Shown: piece by piece, positions 10,770 to 25,033 of the stretch
How positions within the stretch are numbered: position 1 is the first letter of the stretch
How the letters are laid out: every line of letters starts with the position of its first letter
Source: Macrostomum hystrix
Lineage: Eukaryota > Animalia > Platyhelminthes
Assembly: GCA_950097015.1 (NCBI GenBank)
Contig: CATNEN010000003.1
Location: 8,494,001 to 8,558,000, forward strand
DNA: 64,000 bases
Direction: 5' to 3'
Notes under the pieces: model-generated
Database searches by the model: none
What the model was told of the DNA's origin: nothing
The model's input: the letters and a program-made list of their open reading frames with translations, nothing else
Position numbers and translations under genes: made by a program

Positions 10770-12877
10770 TGTGCGCAGTAACTTTGTAAAATGTTTAACG
10801 GGGGGCTGAATTCTCGTCTGAGACGCAGTCGTGACTCCAGAGTTTACACCCAGAGTCAGGAAATTTTGGAAACAGAAAGCTTGTATAAGCTGAGGTCAGT
10901 ATAGTAGAAGTGAGAGCCATCGCTTAAATAATGAATCTTATTTCGTGGACACACAACTATGTACTTGCTATTTAAGTCTTAATACATTCAATTCGTATCA
11001 GCGCAATATATAAACTAGCCCTTCCTTCCTCAGGTCTGTACATAATTTTTTTGTGTACAATTTTGTACATGCGCGTTTATAGTTTTTTAAGAGTTTTGTG
11101 CAGTTTTAGAGTTATTGGTTAACCATGCAGAAGTGCATTATAAGGTCTGGTCTCTCAGTGCACTCAGCAACAGCACAATATTAGCAGCTATAGCCAACAA
11201 ATGGGGCTTGCTACTGGACGACGGAAAAATTGTACCAAATATACTCAAAGTAGTTAGAGCTGAATTAGCATAATTCTAATTCGCCAACACGACTAGTCGG
11301 ATCGAATCATAAATCTGCATGCCTTTGATCTTAGCAATTGTATCGCTTAGGTGCAAATTTCAGCAGTTGAGTTTCAACTTATGGATACAACAGCAGCAAC
11401 AGGAAACTACGAAACAGGAAACTCGTATACTGCAGTCAGCAAGAAAGTCAAAAACCATGCGGCAAGAGATACAACGTATTAATCTGCACTGCAGTAAAAT
11501 ACGATTCATGAACTGAAGGTCAAGTTATGAGTTGAGTTACAGTAAGAGTAAAAGTTTAAACTCATCGTGTATCGTTGGAGAACTTTGATAACAAAAGACA
11601 ACTTACTGCTGCTGGGAGAGTAGGCAAGCTTCGAAAGTCGCTTATGCCTGTCAAAGGCCGTGTATAAAGAGAAGGACGTTGGTAATTTATGCGATGGTAA
11701 AGTGCCTTGCGTCGTTTAGCGCTACCAATGTATCTGACATTGTCATGGGGGTCGTTGGGGTCAATCTACCAAACTTCCCTTTCACATTATATAATTAAAA
11801 ACGTCAATTATATTTGTATATTTCAAAAATCGTGCACACAAAGTGGGTGTTGATTTTCTGTTAACTTAAAAGTAGTTAGCACATGCATTCATGATCTTGC
11901 TGTTAGCAATGTCTCGCAAGCCAATTTTTTTGTTTCCCAGATTAAAACAAGGTTATGGGATTTGCCTGTGTTCGGCTTTTGATTCTTGATGTCAAAGCGC
12001 AAAAGTACAAGGCGCACCACAGCTTACAAAATGCTTCAGATATAAACTGCTATCGGATATTTATTTTAGGATAAACGAAATGTTTTTGTACCGAAACCAA
12101 AAAATTCTACACTTAATTGCATATACCTTCAACTTTCAATCAAACAACCAGGTTTGGAAATGGCGTGTCTTTCGCGTGTGCAACGCGTGTATGGCGTGTA
12201 CAATGCTCCAGCCATGCACTTTAAATTAGGCCCACTCTTCAAAACTTTCTTCTTTGCAAGAAAGTATAGAGAAAGAAGTGAATTCTCATTGTTTTCGCTG
12301 CGAAGTTGCTTTCACTTGTCTATTGCCTGTGCAACTGCTTGTACCATGCGCTAAGGCATCATTTGAAAATTAGATACACCACAACCTATACCTGTGTTCT
12401 ATAGTCTGCCTCATCAATTAAATCCTAAACTACTGCACGTCAGAGTCAGAATATCAAGTATTCTGTGTACTATGCTTAAAATGTTTCGCTTCTCTGGTGC
12501 AATGGCACATACTGACTGGCGCGCGCACATCATTACGCCGACTTTCGGCGAAGGGCCCCACAATCCCTTCACTCATGCGGCGCGAAAGTCACAGAGCAGG
12601 GCGGCTGAAAAAAGTTGAAAGCCAGGTGAAATAAGCTGGCGTACAGTATAACTAAAACATCAAGTCTGACGAATCACGAATAGAATGCAAGAAAGCACCA
12701 TTTCTGCAGGAGCTTTAGGAGATCTCAGAACCTAAAAACATTATAGGTCACTTAAATCTCTTCCCATGAAAGAGATTGTATCGACTAATTCATAAGTCAG
12801 TAGCGTCTAACGGTGCTTTTGAAGGCTTATTGAAACTGATATTGTAACGAAATTGAGTCCCTACTCGCGTTTCAATC

Positions 12878-15800
12878 ACTAAATCCATGGTGATTCTCTC
12901 TAAATCCATGGTGATTCTCTCTGAATCCATGGTGACACTCTCTAAATCCATTGTGACACTCTCTAAATCCATGGTGACACTCTCTAAATCCATGGTGATT
13001 CTCTCTAAATCCATGGTGACACTCTCTAAATCCATGGTGACACTCTCTAAATCCATGGTGACACTCTAAATCCATGGTGATTCTCTCTAAATCCATGGTG
13101 ATTCTCTCTAAATCCATGGTGACACTCTCTAAATCCATGGTGACACTCTCTAGATCCATGGTGACGCTCTCTTAATCCATGGTGATTCTCTCTAAATCCA
13201 TGGTGACACTCTCTAAATCCATGGTGACACTCTCTAAATCCATGGTGATTCTCTCTAAATCCATGGTGATTCTCTCTAAATCCATGGTGACACTCTCTAA
13301 ATCCATTGGGACACTCTCTAAATCCATGGTGATGCTCTCTAAATCCATGGTGACACTCTCTAAATCCATGGTGACGCTCTCTAAATCCATGGTGATGCTC
13401 TCTAAATCCATGGTGACGCTCTCCAAATCCATGGTGATGCTCTCTAAATCCATGGTGACACTCTCTAAATCCATGGTGACACTCTCTAAATCCATGGTGA
13501 CACTCTCTAAATCCATGGTGACGCTCTCTAAATCCATGGCGACACTCTCTAAATCCATGGTGACACTCTCTAAATCCATGGTGACACTCTCTAAATCCAT
13601 GGTGACACTCTCTAAATCCATGGTGACACTCTCTAAATCCATGGTGACACTCTCTCAATCCATGGTGACACTCTCTAAATCCATGGTGACACTCTCTAAA
13701 TCCATGGTGACGCTCTCTAAATCCATGGTGACGCTCTCTAAATCCATGGTGACGCTCTCTAAATCCATGGTGACACTCTCTAAATCCATGGTGACGCTCT
13801 CTAAATCCATGGTGACGCTCTCTAAATCCATTGTGACACTCTCTAAATCCATGGTGACGTTCTCTAAATCCATGGTGACACTCTCTAAATCCATGGTGAC
13901 ACTCTCTAAATCCATGGTGACACTCTCTAAATCCATGGTGACGCTCTCTAAATCCATGGTGACGCTCTTTAAATCCATGGTGATTCTCTCTAAATCCATG
14001 GTGACGCTCTCTAAATCCATGGTGACACTCTAAATCCATGGTGACACTCTCTAAATCCATGGTGACACTCTCTAAATCCATGGTGACGCTCTCTAAATCC
14101 ATGGTGACACTCTCTAAATCCATGGTGACACTCTCTAAATCCATGGTGATTCTCTCTAAATCCATGGTGACACTCTCTAAATCCATGGTGACACTCTCTA
14201 AATCCATGGTGACACTCTCTAAATCCATGGTGACACTCTCTAAATCCATGGTGACACTCTCTAAATCCATGGTGACACTCTCTAAATCCATGGTGACACT
14301 CTCTAAATCCATGGTGACACTCTCTAAATCCATGGTGATTCTCTCTAAATCCATGGTGACACTCTCTAAATCCATGGTGACACTCTCTAAATCCATGGTG
14401 ACACTCTCTAAATCCATGGTGACACTCTCTAAATCCATGGTGATTCTCTCTAAATCCATGGTGACACTCTCTAAATCCATGGTGACACTCTCTAAATCCA
14501 TGGTGACACTCTCTAAATCCATGGTGACACTCTCTAAATCCATGGTGATCATCGTGACGCTCTCCAAATCCATGGTGACACTCTCTAAATCCATGGTGAT
14601 TCTCTCTAAATCCATGGTGACACTCTCTAAATCCATGGTGACGCTCTCTAAATCCATGGTGACACTCTCTAAATCCATGGTGATTCTCTCTAAATCAATG
14701 GTGACACTCTCTAAATCCATGGTGATTCTCTCTAAATCCATGGTGACACTCTCTAAATCCATGGTGACGCTCTCTAAATCCATGGTGACGCTCTCTAAAT
14801 CCATTGTGACACTCTCTAAATCCATGGTGACGTTCTCTAAATCCATGGTGACACTCTCTAAATCCATGGTGACACTCTCTAAATCCATGGTGACACTCTC
14901 TAAATCCATGGTGACGCTCTCTAAATCCATGGTGACGCTCTTTAAATCCATGGTGATTCTCTCTAAATCCATGGTGACGCTCTCTAAATCCATGGTGACA
15001 CTCTAAATCCATGGTGACACTCTCTAAATCCATGGTGACACTCTCTAAATCCATGGTGACGCTCTCTAAATCCATGGTGACACTCTCTAAATCCATGGTG
15101 ATTCTCTCTAAATCCATGGTGACACTCTCTAAATCCATGGTGACACTCTCTAAATCCATGGTGACACTCTCTAAATCCATGGTGACACTCTCTAAATCCA
15201 TGGTGACACTCTCTAAATCCATGGTGACACTCTCTAAATCCATGGTGACACTCTCTAAATCCATGGTGACACTCTCTAAATCCATGGTGATTCTCTCTAA
15301 ATCCATGGTGACACTCTCTAAATCCATGGTGACACTCTCTAAATCCATGGTGACACTCTCTAAATCCATGGTGACACTCTCTAAATCCATGGTGATTCTC
15401 TCTAAATCCATGGTGACACTCTCTAAATCCATGGTGATTCTCTCTAAATCCATGGTGACACTCTAAATCCATGGTGACACTCTCTAAATCCATGGTGACA
15501 CTCTCTAAATCCATGGTGACACTCTCTAAATCTATGGTGACGCTCTCTAAATCCATGGTGACACTCTCTAAATCCATGGTGACGCTCTCTAAATCCATGG
15601 TGACACTCTCTAAATCCATGGTGACGCTCTCTAAATCCATGGTGACACTCTCTAAATCCATGGTGACACTCTCTAAATCCATGGTGACACTCTCTAAATC
15701 CATGGTGACACTCTCTAAATCCATGGTGACACTCTCTAAATCCATGGTGATTCTCTCTAAATCCATGGTGACACTCTCTAAATCCATGGTGATTCTCTCT

Positions 15801-16271
15801 AAATCCATGGTGACACTCTCTAAATCCATGGTGACACTCTCTAAATCCATGGTGACACTCTCTAAATCCATGGTGATTCTCTCTAAATCCATGGTGACAC
15901 TCTCTAAATCCATGGTGACACTCTCTAAATCCATGGTGACACTCTCTTAATTCATGGTGACGCTCTCTAAATCCATGGTGACACTCTCTAAATCCATGGT
16001 GACACTCTCTAAATCCATGGTGATTCTCTCTAAATCCATGGTGACACTCTCTAAATCCATGGTGATTCTCTCTAAATCCATGGTGACACTCTCTAAATCC
16101 ATGGTGACACTCTCTAAATCCATGGTGACACTCTCTAAATCCATGGTGATTCTCTCTAAATCCATGGTGACACTCTCTAAATCCATGGTGACACTCTCTA
16201 AATCCATGGTGACACTCTCTTAATTCATGGTGACGCTCTCTAAATCCATGGTGATTCTCTCTGAATCCATG
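12878..16271. repeat. 3.4-kb minisatellite, 21-bp unit CTAAATCCATGGTGACACTCT
   Basis: About 160 tandem units with recurring variants. Confidence 0.97.
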
Positions 16272-17254
16272 GGGCCGCCCCACTTGGATGCCCCATTGAA
16301 AAAGTCTGGCCAATGAATATCAAGTAAAATGTGAAACGCAAACTCTCGAAACTATTCGAATACAACGATGACAGAGAAAGTTATTGTTTAGACCGTATAT
16401 TTTTATTAATGCTAGCTGCATTATCCTTTTAAAATGTTTTATAGTGCTCTTTTGCCAAAGACCTGTAGATTTAAGGAAAAGAAGTAAGTACAAAAATACT
16501 AAAATAAATATCAGCCTTTGTACGTGGTGCTTCAGTCAATCCTATAGCAACACAAGAATTGTTCAGCGATTCCGCGATTGTAAGGAAAATGTACATCAAC
16601 GAATCTCCTTGACAACAAATGCTTGAAGAAACTTTGATTTCAGATTCAATCAGCAGTTTTATGAAAACTACTTGTCGGGGGAAGAATTTTGGTAACCATG
16701 ATCAAAGACTTGAGGTAAAGGACAGGTAAAATTGGAGAAAGCTATATACTCAAACTTAGTGAAACCAACTGAATGTATCAGCATGGCTGGCAAAAAGTTC
16801 TCATCTGTTTCTTTCACCGTGAATTTTTGTAGATTCCTACGAACATTATACGAATTGCCACAGTGTAACTGCCTCACTAAAAAAGGAATTCGGATTGCCA
16901 GAATCTCCCTCACTTCAATCGATTTCATATTTCAGTTTGAAAACTGCCTGAAAAGTGTAATTAGCTGCTTTCATCTTAGAAAGACTAGACAGTGATTTTG
17001 CAAAGTGCACAAAATATTCTTAAATTCCTATTCACATTTCTTACACATACTTAATTTTACCTACATGTACTTGCAGTGAAGAGCCAGATTTCATGCTAGT
17101 AGCAAGAAAGCAATCGGTTTTTCTTAAATTTACAGCTTGTTACTGTTATAGTAACGGTACGTACTGAAATACACACGAGCGACAAATATTCGCACAAGAA
17201 AAATCCAAGAATGACGAATGCTTACAAATGGTCGATTTCAAAAGTAGAAATATT

Positions 17255-17755
17255 TCAACGATCTAGGTGCAGTCCACCACTGCCTATGCCACTGGTTGCA
17301 CCAGAGAGTCCCCCCATGTTAGTAGCACCAGCAGCTCCGCTACCGACGTTGCTAAGGCCTCGGCCGCCACCGCTGAAAATGACATTGAAACCAGCGGGAC
17401 CTTGGCTGAGAGCTCGATGAGCGCGGCCAGGCCTTGACGGCGCCCCAGCTCCGCCAATCCCACCGCTGCCACCACCGAAGCTGCTGCTGCCGAAAGCGGC
17501 CTCGCCCCAGTCCCGTTCGTGCTGAAGGAATCCGGTGTGCCGCTGTTGTGGACATTGCTGGTGCTGAATGTGCGCTCGTTGGTGATGATGATGCTGCAGC
17601 TTCTGATTGTGCTGCTGCTGAAAACTGCGCGCCATGGTTAAACCGCCGCGCTCGCATCGACTCCTCCGGCGTTTGCAGTGGTAGCAGACAAAGGAACCAA
17701 TGAGTAATGCTATGAAAAGCAAACCTATTGACAAATGAATCGGCCACACTAACAT
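17255..17755 (-). CDS. Putative small single-pass membrane protein with Q/H-rich and Gly-rich tail
   Basis: 166-aa ORF: N-terminal hydrophobic helix followed by CYHCKRRRSRC (juxtamembrane Cys/basic cluster); GC-rich relative to its flanks. Confidence 0.5.
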   Translation of the reverse strand: MLVWPIHLSIGLLFIALLIGSFVCYHCKRRRSRCERGGLTMARSFQQQHNQKLQHHHHQRAHIQHQQCPQQRHTGFLQHERDWGEAAFGSSSFGGGSGGIGGAGAPSRPGRAHRALSQGPAGFNVIFSGGGRGLSNVGSGAAGATNMGGLSGATSGIGSGGLHLDR

Positions 17756-20700
17756 TTTTGTCTGTCGCCGTGGTTTACGGTTCTCGAAAGCTGTCAGTTG
17801 AAATTTACCTCTTCTCGCTATCTTATTGCTGATTTGCCTTGATAGAAAGTGATGGCCTGGGAAAGAGAAAGTTTCCTTTGTTCTGTTAGAATCCTTTAAA
17901 CACTTTCTGACGTCAGTTGGTCGCCTTAGATGCCTATTTATTCGTTGAAGAACACCACGTCAATTGAAGTCAATTACTGCAGAACGTGCGTTTCCTTATT
18001 GTTTCTGTAGTCGACAAAAAGTTATACTAAATCAATTTAATTTTAATAGATCATTGTGCACTTTGTTAGAATTTGCCTTTCCGTAACTGGCGCCCGTTGA
18101 CTTTCCGTTCTATTCATGCCACTTTTCTGCTTTGCTGTGCAGATGTCCAATTCCAACAAGCTTCTTAAGATCGTTGGAAAGAATCTCGAACGGCTAATTC
18201 TCTCTCCGCAACTCTCTCTCCGGTTGGCCCGACCCAATCCCCATCAAGAACCGCTCGCTCAGCCCCAGAAGGAGGGATTAGCCGGGCAAGAACCGGCGAG
18301 GCCTTAAGCTGCATCGGGTATGGCGGAGCAATAGCGCGACAAAAGATCCTCATGCGTCTCGCATTACCGCGGGGCAGTCGCGGCTGAGAATGAATGGCTC
18401 CCGGAGGCTTTGAATGGCTTTGCCTAGGCTAAACTGCAGTGGCCAACAAATCCTGCTGGGCCGAAGGCATAGCCGGGGACCTCCAGCTGCATACGCGCGT
18501 CGTTGACATCCTCCTTTTCGGCCTTCTATTCCTCGCGCAGCTTTCTCATTTGCATGATCCCGCTACCAACGAAGAGAAAAAGAGGGAGAGAGCGAAAAGG
18601 CAGTGGCAACAGCGTTAGTGAGGCCAATGTTCTGTCATGAATAGGCAGACTTTGACCGGGCGCGCGCAGCTAGCTCACACCGAATAGATCGCAGTGAGTC
18701 TCTAGCGTATTCCGCATGCTAGCCGATGGGGGTAGATAAGTGAACAAGAAATCCCCCTCGCTTCTATAGTCTAGCGGCTCGATGTATTTTTTGCCTTCCT
18801 CCGCTCTATTGAAGCGGCAATCGCTCAACCGATTTCTTAACCCCAAGTGTCCATTCTATTTTCAGGTTCCAATGCCCAGTCCGTACGTGCGGCCGCCCTT
18901 GACTAGCTAGGGCCTACGAGTATAACTAACTATAGGCTTGTGTCAATATTGACTCAACAGGCTCTGGATACTTAAGCTGCTGCATATAATATTCTATTCT
19001 TTAAAAGAAAATGCGATTAAGCTATAACACTGCGACTTCTATAGAAGCCGATTTGATTTTTTACAGTTTCAGATTAAAATCAAATTTTTGATTGCGGTCG
19101 CATTGTAGTCACGATCTTCATCTTTCAGCTGATTAATCCTGAGATAAAAATCTATGATTTAGCTTGCAGAGCTCGAAGTATGCCATTTCTGTTGAATGAA
19201 CCCGCTAATCTTCTTCATTTATCAGACTCAACTCCAATCCGCAAAGAAAAATATATATGAACCTTAATCCCATGGCAGTCATATGTAGCTAAAAAGCCAT
19301 TGGGGATCCCTGAGCCTTTGAGGATCAGAGCACTCCGACCCTGGGTTTAAGATTGCTCCGCGGCAGCGCGGCGGTGGGGTGGTGAAGGAATCAATCTCCA
19401 GAGAGCTGCATCATGGAAACTGCGCAGGCCGCAGCTGCTACTGCTGAAGCTGCACAGCTCCCCATTACACAACCGAACGGCCCCTGTGAAATTCCTGCAA
19501 GTATTACCTGAATCCCGGGGCGATATAAGAGGAGTGAAAAAAATATGCAGAATCAGATTTAAATAAGTGATTTTGCTTGGAATATCTCTTCAAAACAAAG
19601 ACATGTACTTGAAATTTTAATTCATCTTTTATTTGAATTTTATATCAAATCATTCATTGATTAACAAATTACCTCATTGAATCAACATCAATTCATTCAG
19701 TGCTCAAACGGATTGAGGATCAGTGCTTATAAATAGACTGACGGATTGCTTAATGGCGGAATGGAAGACGTTCAGCGAGGGACGTGTCTTTTGTCATTCC
19801 GCACCATTTTGAAATGAAAATCGACACCGTACAGTCGAAGATTCAACCGCAGAGAGAAATATGCATGTCCACGATGACGGGGGCTCAAATAAATCAGAAA
19901 ATAAATTTTAAAAATAAATAAATGAATGAAAAACTACTTTTGACGAAGCTTGTTTTCAAGGTCAATTTAAAGAATTAAAGAATAATTAGGACTGAGGATA
20001 ATCTTATCAAAAAGACTATGCTAAAGGCTATTATTGTTGACTGTATTGTACTGATTGTACTGTTATAGTTATTATATTATTGAACCAAAATGGATTCGCC
20101 ATAGAGGTTTATACAGAGCAATGTTAGATGTCAGTGTCAACAGCAGGATCTTTGACAAGAATCGCTGCAGAATATCCCGACGAAACTGCAGACTCGAACG
20201 GCTAAGAAGGTTAGTTCTTTGAAAAAGGCGAAAAGCTTTGATCGATATGGTCGATTTTCACGAAAAGCTATCATTTGGTTCGGGAGCTTTTGTGAGGTAC
20301 GCTATTCAAAATGCCTCCCCATGGTCGTTCCCCATGGAGAAATAATGTGAATCGTTTTAATTTTCCTTAAAATCGTTCCTAATATTCGCAAAACAAAAGT
20401 CACTAAGCCAAAAAAACAAATATATTGAACTTATATTAGCTGAACTTAATATTATTTACTTTACACTTAGCTGGATGTATGCTTATAAACCACTAGCATT
20501 TTTGTTTTAGATATTTTACACCGGAAAATATATTTAACTGATAAAAAATGCGTCCAAATCAACTTGACTGATTTGCTAAGATACAACAATAGGCCTAACA
20601 TAACAATGTCACGCAAAGTCGCAAACGTGCACATCTCGACGTCTGGACATTATGGTTGTCATACGTTAACTACTAGCTAGCATTTCAAGCAAGGAATTAT

Positions 20701-22965
20701 ATAGTGTTTAATTTAATTAGACTAGACAACTCGACTAGCTTTAGCCTAACCCTAACATTCTAGTTAGGGGGCCTAACATATACTTTAACAAAATAGTAAC
20801 TCTCGCCCTACCTTACACTACAGATTTATGCAACATAGCACATTGGAGGCCACGATGTAGAATATAAGTATTGTATTCTTATTCTCATTATATTACCTGT
20901 ATCTTATGTTGTATGATATTATACAAGATTAGGCCTAGCAGTATTTAGTTGTTAATGTTATCCTTTATTCTAGACTTAGAGAAGTACTGCTTGCAAAGAC
21001 TGACACTGAAAAGCTAACTTGGATGCCATTGGCCTATGCCATTGCTATAATTCCATAATTTTTATTACCAATAAAATAAATTTAGCAAAAAGTGGTTAAT
21101 AGGGGCCTATCATTATGTATAAAGTATAAAGATTAATAAAGTCATTCCTTGAAAAATGCTATTAGTAATTAGGCCTAGTCACTAATTAAAAATAGCTTTG
21201 CATCAGAGGAACATAGAAAGTTCAGGGCAGTGTCCTAGTTTGTTGGGAACTACATTATTTTGCTTTTAACATATAAAGAAGGGTAGGCTATTATATTTTA
21301 TATATATAAGTTAATAATAGGCTATAGCAAGTATAGGAAATAGCCAAATGTATTCTGGGTGAAGTCTTTGCTGCCATACATACATGTGCAACTCCCAAAT
21401 CTTAGCCAGCTGTGCGACTTAGTTTTTGCTCTATTTACAACTTAGTTTGCTCTCATTTGCTCTATTTTTCTCTCCCCTTTTTCCTCTTCTTCATGTCTTC
21501 CTTATTTGTCCCTTGGTCCCCCCTTTGATTTTTTTGCACTTGGTTGATTGGTTTTTGCAACTTACCTTGCTTGGCCCTCATTTCACCTGGCCGGGTCGGC
21601 TGGGTGTTGCGCATGTATGTTGCCATAGATATTTGTTGAGAACTTGAGATGGCTCTCAAACAAGGCATTGAATTACAAGTGCCATCCTACGCATGGTCTT
21701 GAATTAAATTTGGCTTTTTAGGGTTGTTAGGCCATAGTCCAGATCATGCTGGGTGCATGCCAGAATGAAGAAAATTTTCATTTGCACATCAACACATGCC
21801 AAAAAAGTGCTTTTACACTGATGTACACTAAGAATTTTTACTATAAATTTCTAGATAGTGGCTATTTGTATGGTAGTCCATCCCATTGGTCAATGTAAAT
21901 TGCATGGCATTTTAACAAAAGTTAACCAGATTATTAGTGTAAAAGTTTAGTTCTAAATAAGAGTTTTAATATTCTTCTGATTACTAGATTTATTTTACAT
22001 TTTTCTAAAGGGATTACTTTATTCTAAAGCATGTAATTGCAATTATTTAATTTAAACTCTACTGCACAAATAGCCACAACGAAATTTATATGACTGTGTA
22101 CACCAAGAATACAGGCAAGATTAGCAAGGCGAGACTGAAAGCACACATTTTTAGTTCAAATTTTGCTCTTGTTCGAGGCAATATATTTTATATTAAAACA
22201 AAACTACTGTCCAATATTTTTGAGACAAATGGGCTCCTTGAAGCTCATGAAGAAATACATTTAAAAAAAATGCTTAACTTTGTTTGAATGTTTGTTTGGA
22301 GTATGTTTGAAGCTGCACAATTTTTGAAAGATTTGAATCACTTTTAGATGAAAATGGGAAATTTCAGCTTTAGCACTCTGAGAGCAGCTTAGTTAGACTT
22401 TAGCTAACAAATTTTTTTATTTCAATTTATTGTTGTATATTTTTTGCCACTCTGACATTCTCCCATGTGCTACTGCATGTGGACATGGACATGACGCAAA
22501 CATAAATGCGAAGCACCTTATTGCACGTGGAGTATGCCAATTGGAAGCTTGTGCATGTTGAGTGCATGCCGATATATACCAACTGCACAAATGTATGCCG
22601 GAAATTTCTGGTGAAAACTACATGATCTAAACTATGGTTGTTAGGGTCCATAAATTATGGCCTGTGGCATTGTTTTGCTGTTCAACCATTGCAAGCACTC
22701 AGTGACCATATCGCAATTTTCAGAATTTTTAGAAACATGTTTTTTGGGGCTGTAATTCACATTGCCATAGAATAATTTAACATCACCTAGCATTAAGTCT
22801 AGCTATGGTAGACTGGTTAGATAATGCATCTGGTTTAACTAGGCAACCTGCAATTAATTTTTTTTTTGGTTTCTTATTTGTTTAGTACTTAGAAAACAAT
22901 ACTCTAATGTTAATTCATCCATAAACAATTTGCAGTCATCAAAGTTTATAAGCCTTCAATCTGCA

Positions 22966-23433
22966 ATGGCATCTGCCCTATCTACCACAATCTCGTGCTG
23001 CATAATTGGCCTGCTATTCATTGTGCCAGGTATTGTTAAAACTGTGTACATTAATCAGCGCATCACCAAGGACATGCTGAAACTGTACAAGAATTACACC
23101 GAAGTGTTTCCATTGGCTCCTCTGGGCATAAATCCGCCACAGAAATTGTACATGGAAACTGTGGGCGTATCCGAAATCATTCTGGGCACAATGCTTTCAT
23201 TTGGCAACCCGTCTGCTCGTAGAGCTTCAATTGTGCTTCTAATGCTGCTAACCTGCTTGGCTGTGTACACCCACATCATGCTGAAGGATTATCGCGGCTG
23301 CACAGTGCCTGCTGGCTACATGGGCCTACTGCTGTGGCTGTTTGTTGGCCTTGGTCGACATTTTGGTTTTCGCGAGTCGTCAAAGCCAGCGAGTGATAAT
23401 AATGCCGCCACTGCCAAGGCCAAGGCTCAATAA
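22966..23433 (+). CDS. TMEM35: TMEM35/NACHO-like (DoxX-related) multi-pass membrane protein
   Basis: MAS...GLLFIVPGIVK...MLKLYKNYTEVFPL...VGVSEIILG...AVYTH pattern matches TMEM35A/B from memory; single coding exon from ATG 22966. Confidence 0.8.
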   Translation: MASALSTTISCCIIGLLFIVPGIVKTVYINQRITKDMLKLYKNYTEVFPLAPLGINPPQKLYMETVGVSEIILGTMLSFGNPSARRASIVLLMLLTCLAVYTHIMLKDYRGCTVPAGYMGLLLWLFVGLGRHFGFRESSKPASDNNAATAKAKAQ

Positions 23434-24077
23434 GAGTTATGATTGCTTGCAGTGTCTTATTAAGGGTCCTAAAATCGTCTGTTCAAGCAAGTCTTTAACT
23501 GTTTTTCTGTTGTTTTTTAGTGGGACTTACTAAAAGTAGTCCATTGAATTTTTTGCATATTGCAATTGTATTTGCAAAATAATAATAAATAACTCTAGTC
23601 ATTTTGTAGCCTAAAAATCATGTTCCAGCCAAAAAGACTGCTGTTAATCAGAGTTGTTAGTTTAATAAAAAAAATCGTGTTATTTTTTCTATGGTAGTTG
23701 GGTTAGCACATACATTTGCATGCTTTTCTTCTATTGTTTTGGTGTCTTTGACGTATGGATTTTTTTAGACTGAGATGAATCGATTATTTAGAAATTTTCA
23801 TTGACAAAGTGTGTGGGATCTTACTAGACCCTACCTATCTCCTTACTTGTGACATGATGTTGGCTCATATAACACCTTTTGGGGCCAAGAAGGCATGCTG
23901 CTTTTTTTCAAAGCATCTAGATCTGTCACACAATACCTTTGTGTGTCTACTAACGACTGCTAAAATTTAGGGCACGAATTACATTTTACTAGTCGTCTCT
24001 CTGTCAACTGATACATCAGTTAGATTCTTCTCACGTTTTTCATTTGTATGCCGTTAAGACGAGCCTTTTCACTGAGC

Positions 24078-24302
24078 GAATGTACACTAGACCAACCCCA
24101 GTAAGGCTTTCCTACCCCTCAATGTACACTCCCTCTAGACCAACCCCAATAAGGCTTTGCTACTCCTCAATCTATGTACACTTCCTCTAGGGTCTAGACT
24201 AACCTCATTAGGCTTTCCTACCCCTCAATCGATGTACACTCACTCTAGCCCAACCCCAATAAGGCTAACCAATGTACACTCGCTGTTTAACAACCCCTAC
24301 CC
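24078..24302. repeat. Degenerate tandem repeat, ~4 copies of ~45-60 bp (ATGTACAC...CTAGACCAACCCC..TAAGGCTTTCCTACCCCTC)
   Basis: Recurrent motifs visible in the sequence. Confidence 0.75.
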
Positions 24303-25033
24303 CAGAAAAATTAATTCTACGGAGTTTTTTGGTATGTTTTATAATATATGAAGTTTGCTAATTATGAGTTTTATTAAAAAACTGCAAATATATGGCTAAC
24401 TATTTTCTCACAGTCTCTTTTATATATCTATTTACTTTTACTCTCCTTGTTATTTAAGAATGTTTAAAACTGCAAATACTTAAATGCAATCTTTGAAAAG
24501 GAACTGTTCAAATCATGACCATCTTGAACAAATAAACACGCAGGGCAAGTTTCATGTGTTGCGCAATCTGTTTTAGTTTTATTTGTCTTAGTATTTTAAT
24601 ATCTATGCAGCTTATCAAATGCATTATTGACTCGCATATTAATTAAACAGTTGTTTGTTAACTGACCTAAAGTCTTGACATTACTTATGACTTCTGACTT
24701 GTTTTATTATTTATCACTTATTCTATTGATGCTTGAATCAATGCTTTAACTTCCTTTTTCTATTGACATATTATTGACTGTCATATTTCGCCGTGACTTC
24801 TGTCCCTTTTTACTGGCATAGTACGTTTTTGATATTCTCAAAAAGCATACTTGATACAAGAAATACATCTGTCTGTTTCCTACGGCCTTGCAGTAATATA
24901 AAATAGATTTTTTACTATCAACAGTTCTAGTTGAGTTGTGGTTTTTATTTCATAGTTTTATTTGAATAAGGTCAATTTGTTGGGGCTTAACTCCCCAGGT
25001 ACAGTGAGAGTAGCTTTGCTTGGCGCTGAGATA

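Noticed and set aside
12790-16313. Long ORFs (MDLESVT)n, (HHGFREC)n, (SKSMVTL)n
   Set aside because: Translations of a 21-bp minisatellite, open in several frames on both strands with frameshifting units.
18100-18600. GC-rich coding-like stretch
   Set aside because: Multiple stops in the most plausible frame and no recognisable motif.
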